Assembly: GCA_048213135.1 (NCBI GenBank)
Contig: PS015482.1
Span: 10,560-46,975 of the forward strand
Origin: Reclinomonas americana ATCC 50394
Taxonomy: Eukaryota
Length of the DNA stretch: 36,416 nt
Direction: 5' to 3'
Made by a program: the position numbers and the translations under genes. The notes beneath the pieces were generated by a model that did not search any database, had not been told where the DNA came from, and saw only the letters and a list, made by a program, of their open reading frames with translations. Each line of letters opens with the position of its first letter. Position 1 is the stretch's first letter. Below, piece by piece: positions 35,264-36,416 of the stretch.

Positions 35264-35301
<38 letters not shown>

Positions 35302-35359
35302 GAGGAGGAGGAGGAGAGAGAGAGAGAGAGAGGAAGGAAGGAGGAAGGAAAGGAAAGGA

Positions 35360-35411
<52 letters not shown>

Positions 35412-35566
35412 NNNNNNNNNNNNNNNNNNNNNNNNNNNNNNNNNNNNNNNNAGAGAGAGAGAGAGTGAAGAGGGAAGAGAGAAGGAGAAATGGAGGGAAG
35501 GAAGGCATGCTTGCAGTCAATAAGGCGACGACTTCGGCACAAGACAGTGAGTGAGAGAGTGTGTGA

Positions 35567-35615
<49 letters not shown>

Positions 35616-36416
35616 TGCAGTGAGTGGCCGCATAAAAAACACTCAGTCACATGATGCTCACAAAAATATGCTTGGAAATGCACACACTCTCACAAAGAAT
35701 GAGAAGTGAGTGAGGAGAGAGACAACACACACACACGCAACTTCTCCATGGGAAACATGTCGACTCGTGATTGCCCAGACTGCAGAGAGAGAGAATGTGA
35801 GAGACAATGAGAGTGTGTGAGAGTGTGCGTGTGAGAGAGAGACGCAACAGTAATGGCCACACAGTAAATGGGGAATGGAGCAGGTGACTCCACACGCACA
35901 CCTGCAAAGAGAGAAAGAGTGTGAGAGAGTGTGTGAGAGAGTGTGAGAGTGAGAGTGATGCATCAGTGTGTGATGATGATGCGCAACTGCGGATGAGCAG
36001 TGTGCCTTCGACCATCAAGTGCGTTCACGTGAGAGAGCACAGCACAGAGAGAGAGTGAGAGAGAGTGTGTGTTGATGACGCGACACACACTGACAGAGAG
36101 AATGAGACTGTGAGCGCGTGTGTGTGTCACAGAGAGCTGTGGGGATGTGCACGTGTGTGTCTGTAGAGTGGTGGGGGAGGCACACACTCTCAGCACAAAC
36201 ACACACACGCGCGCGCGCAGAGAGAGAGACAGGAAAAGAGAAACTGTGTGGGCGCGCGCACACGACGTTCGGTTTTTGCTGCATTCGGCCGCATTGATTT
36301 GCAAGCGACCAGACTACAATTCAACAGATGGTGAAGCCCAAGCGCCAACCATATGCGAAACATGAAGCATACACACCTGCAGCTTATGCGGTGAAGATCG
36401 CAGTTCTCGACTTGTT
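31094..36416 (-). CDS. Long Pro/Ser/Ala/Gly-rich protein with beta-rich globular segments; putative Ig-fold transcription-factor-like protein; 5' end probably outside the window
   Basis: In-frame exon chain: 35901-35849, 35779-35742, 35143-35016, 34938-34648, 34289-34196, 34129-33958, 33888-33433, 33167-33079, 33018-32989, 32923-32891, 32819-32790, 32067-31996, 31930-31363, 31282-31094 (stop). Further tentative exons lie at ~35988-36416. The gene structure is well supported; the function is inference only. Confidence 0.65.
33215..33400. repeat. (CCCTTA/CCCTTC)n hexamer tract in an intron
   Basis: Seen directly between exons 33888-33433 and 33167-33079. Confidence 0.85.
34328..34565. repeat. 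11-12-bp intronic minisatellite (gaggggagcag)n
   Basis: Degenerate tandem array between exons 34938-34648 and 34289-34196. Confidence 0.85.

Overview
Intron-rich eukaryotic genomic DNA. GC-rich exons are separated by CT/GA/CA microsatellite-filled introns, with many N gaps flanked by TACG-type noise. The style suggests a choanoflagellate-like unicellular holozoan such as Salpingoeca (inference only). Almost all long six-frame ORFs come from low-complexity introns or gaps, so I spliced gene models by hand using GT-AG sites and frame checks. The models are: two unknown minus-strand genes (611-1409 partial; 2156-3346), a secretory-pathway GT61-family glycosyltransferase on + (3960-8056), a ~17 kb minus-strand UNC80-like helical-repeat gene (8110-25432), a 233-aa protein joining two EF-hands to a USP7-type ubiquitin-like domain just upstream of it (25571-28849), a possible 56-aa two-exon ORF, and a long low-complexity protein with putative Ig-fold transcription-factor-like domains (31094 to window end). 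The main points of interest are the UNC80 homologue in an apparently non-animal genome, the EF-hand/UBL architecture next to it (possibly spliceable into it), and a recurrent atypical GTTG(C/A)G 5' splice site. Family calls rest on motifs recalled from memory and need HMM or structure confirmation.
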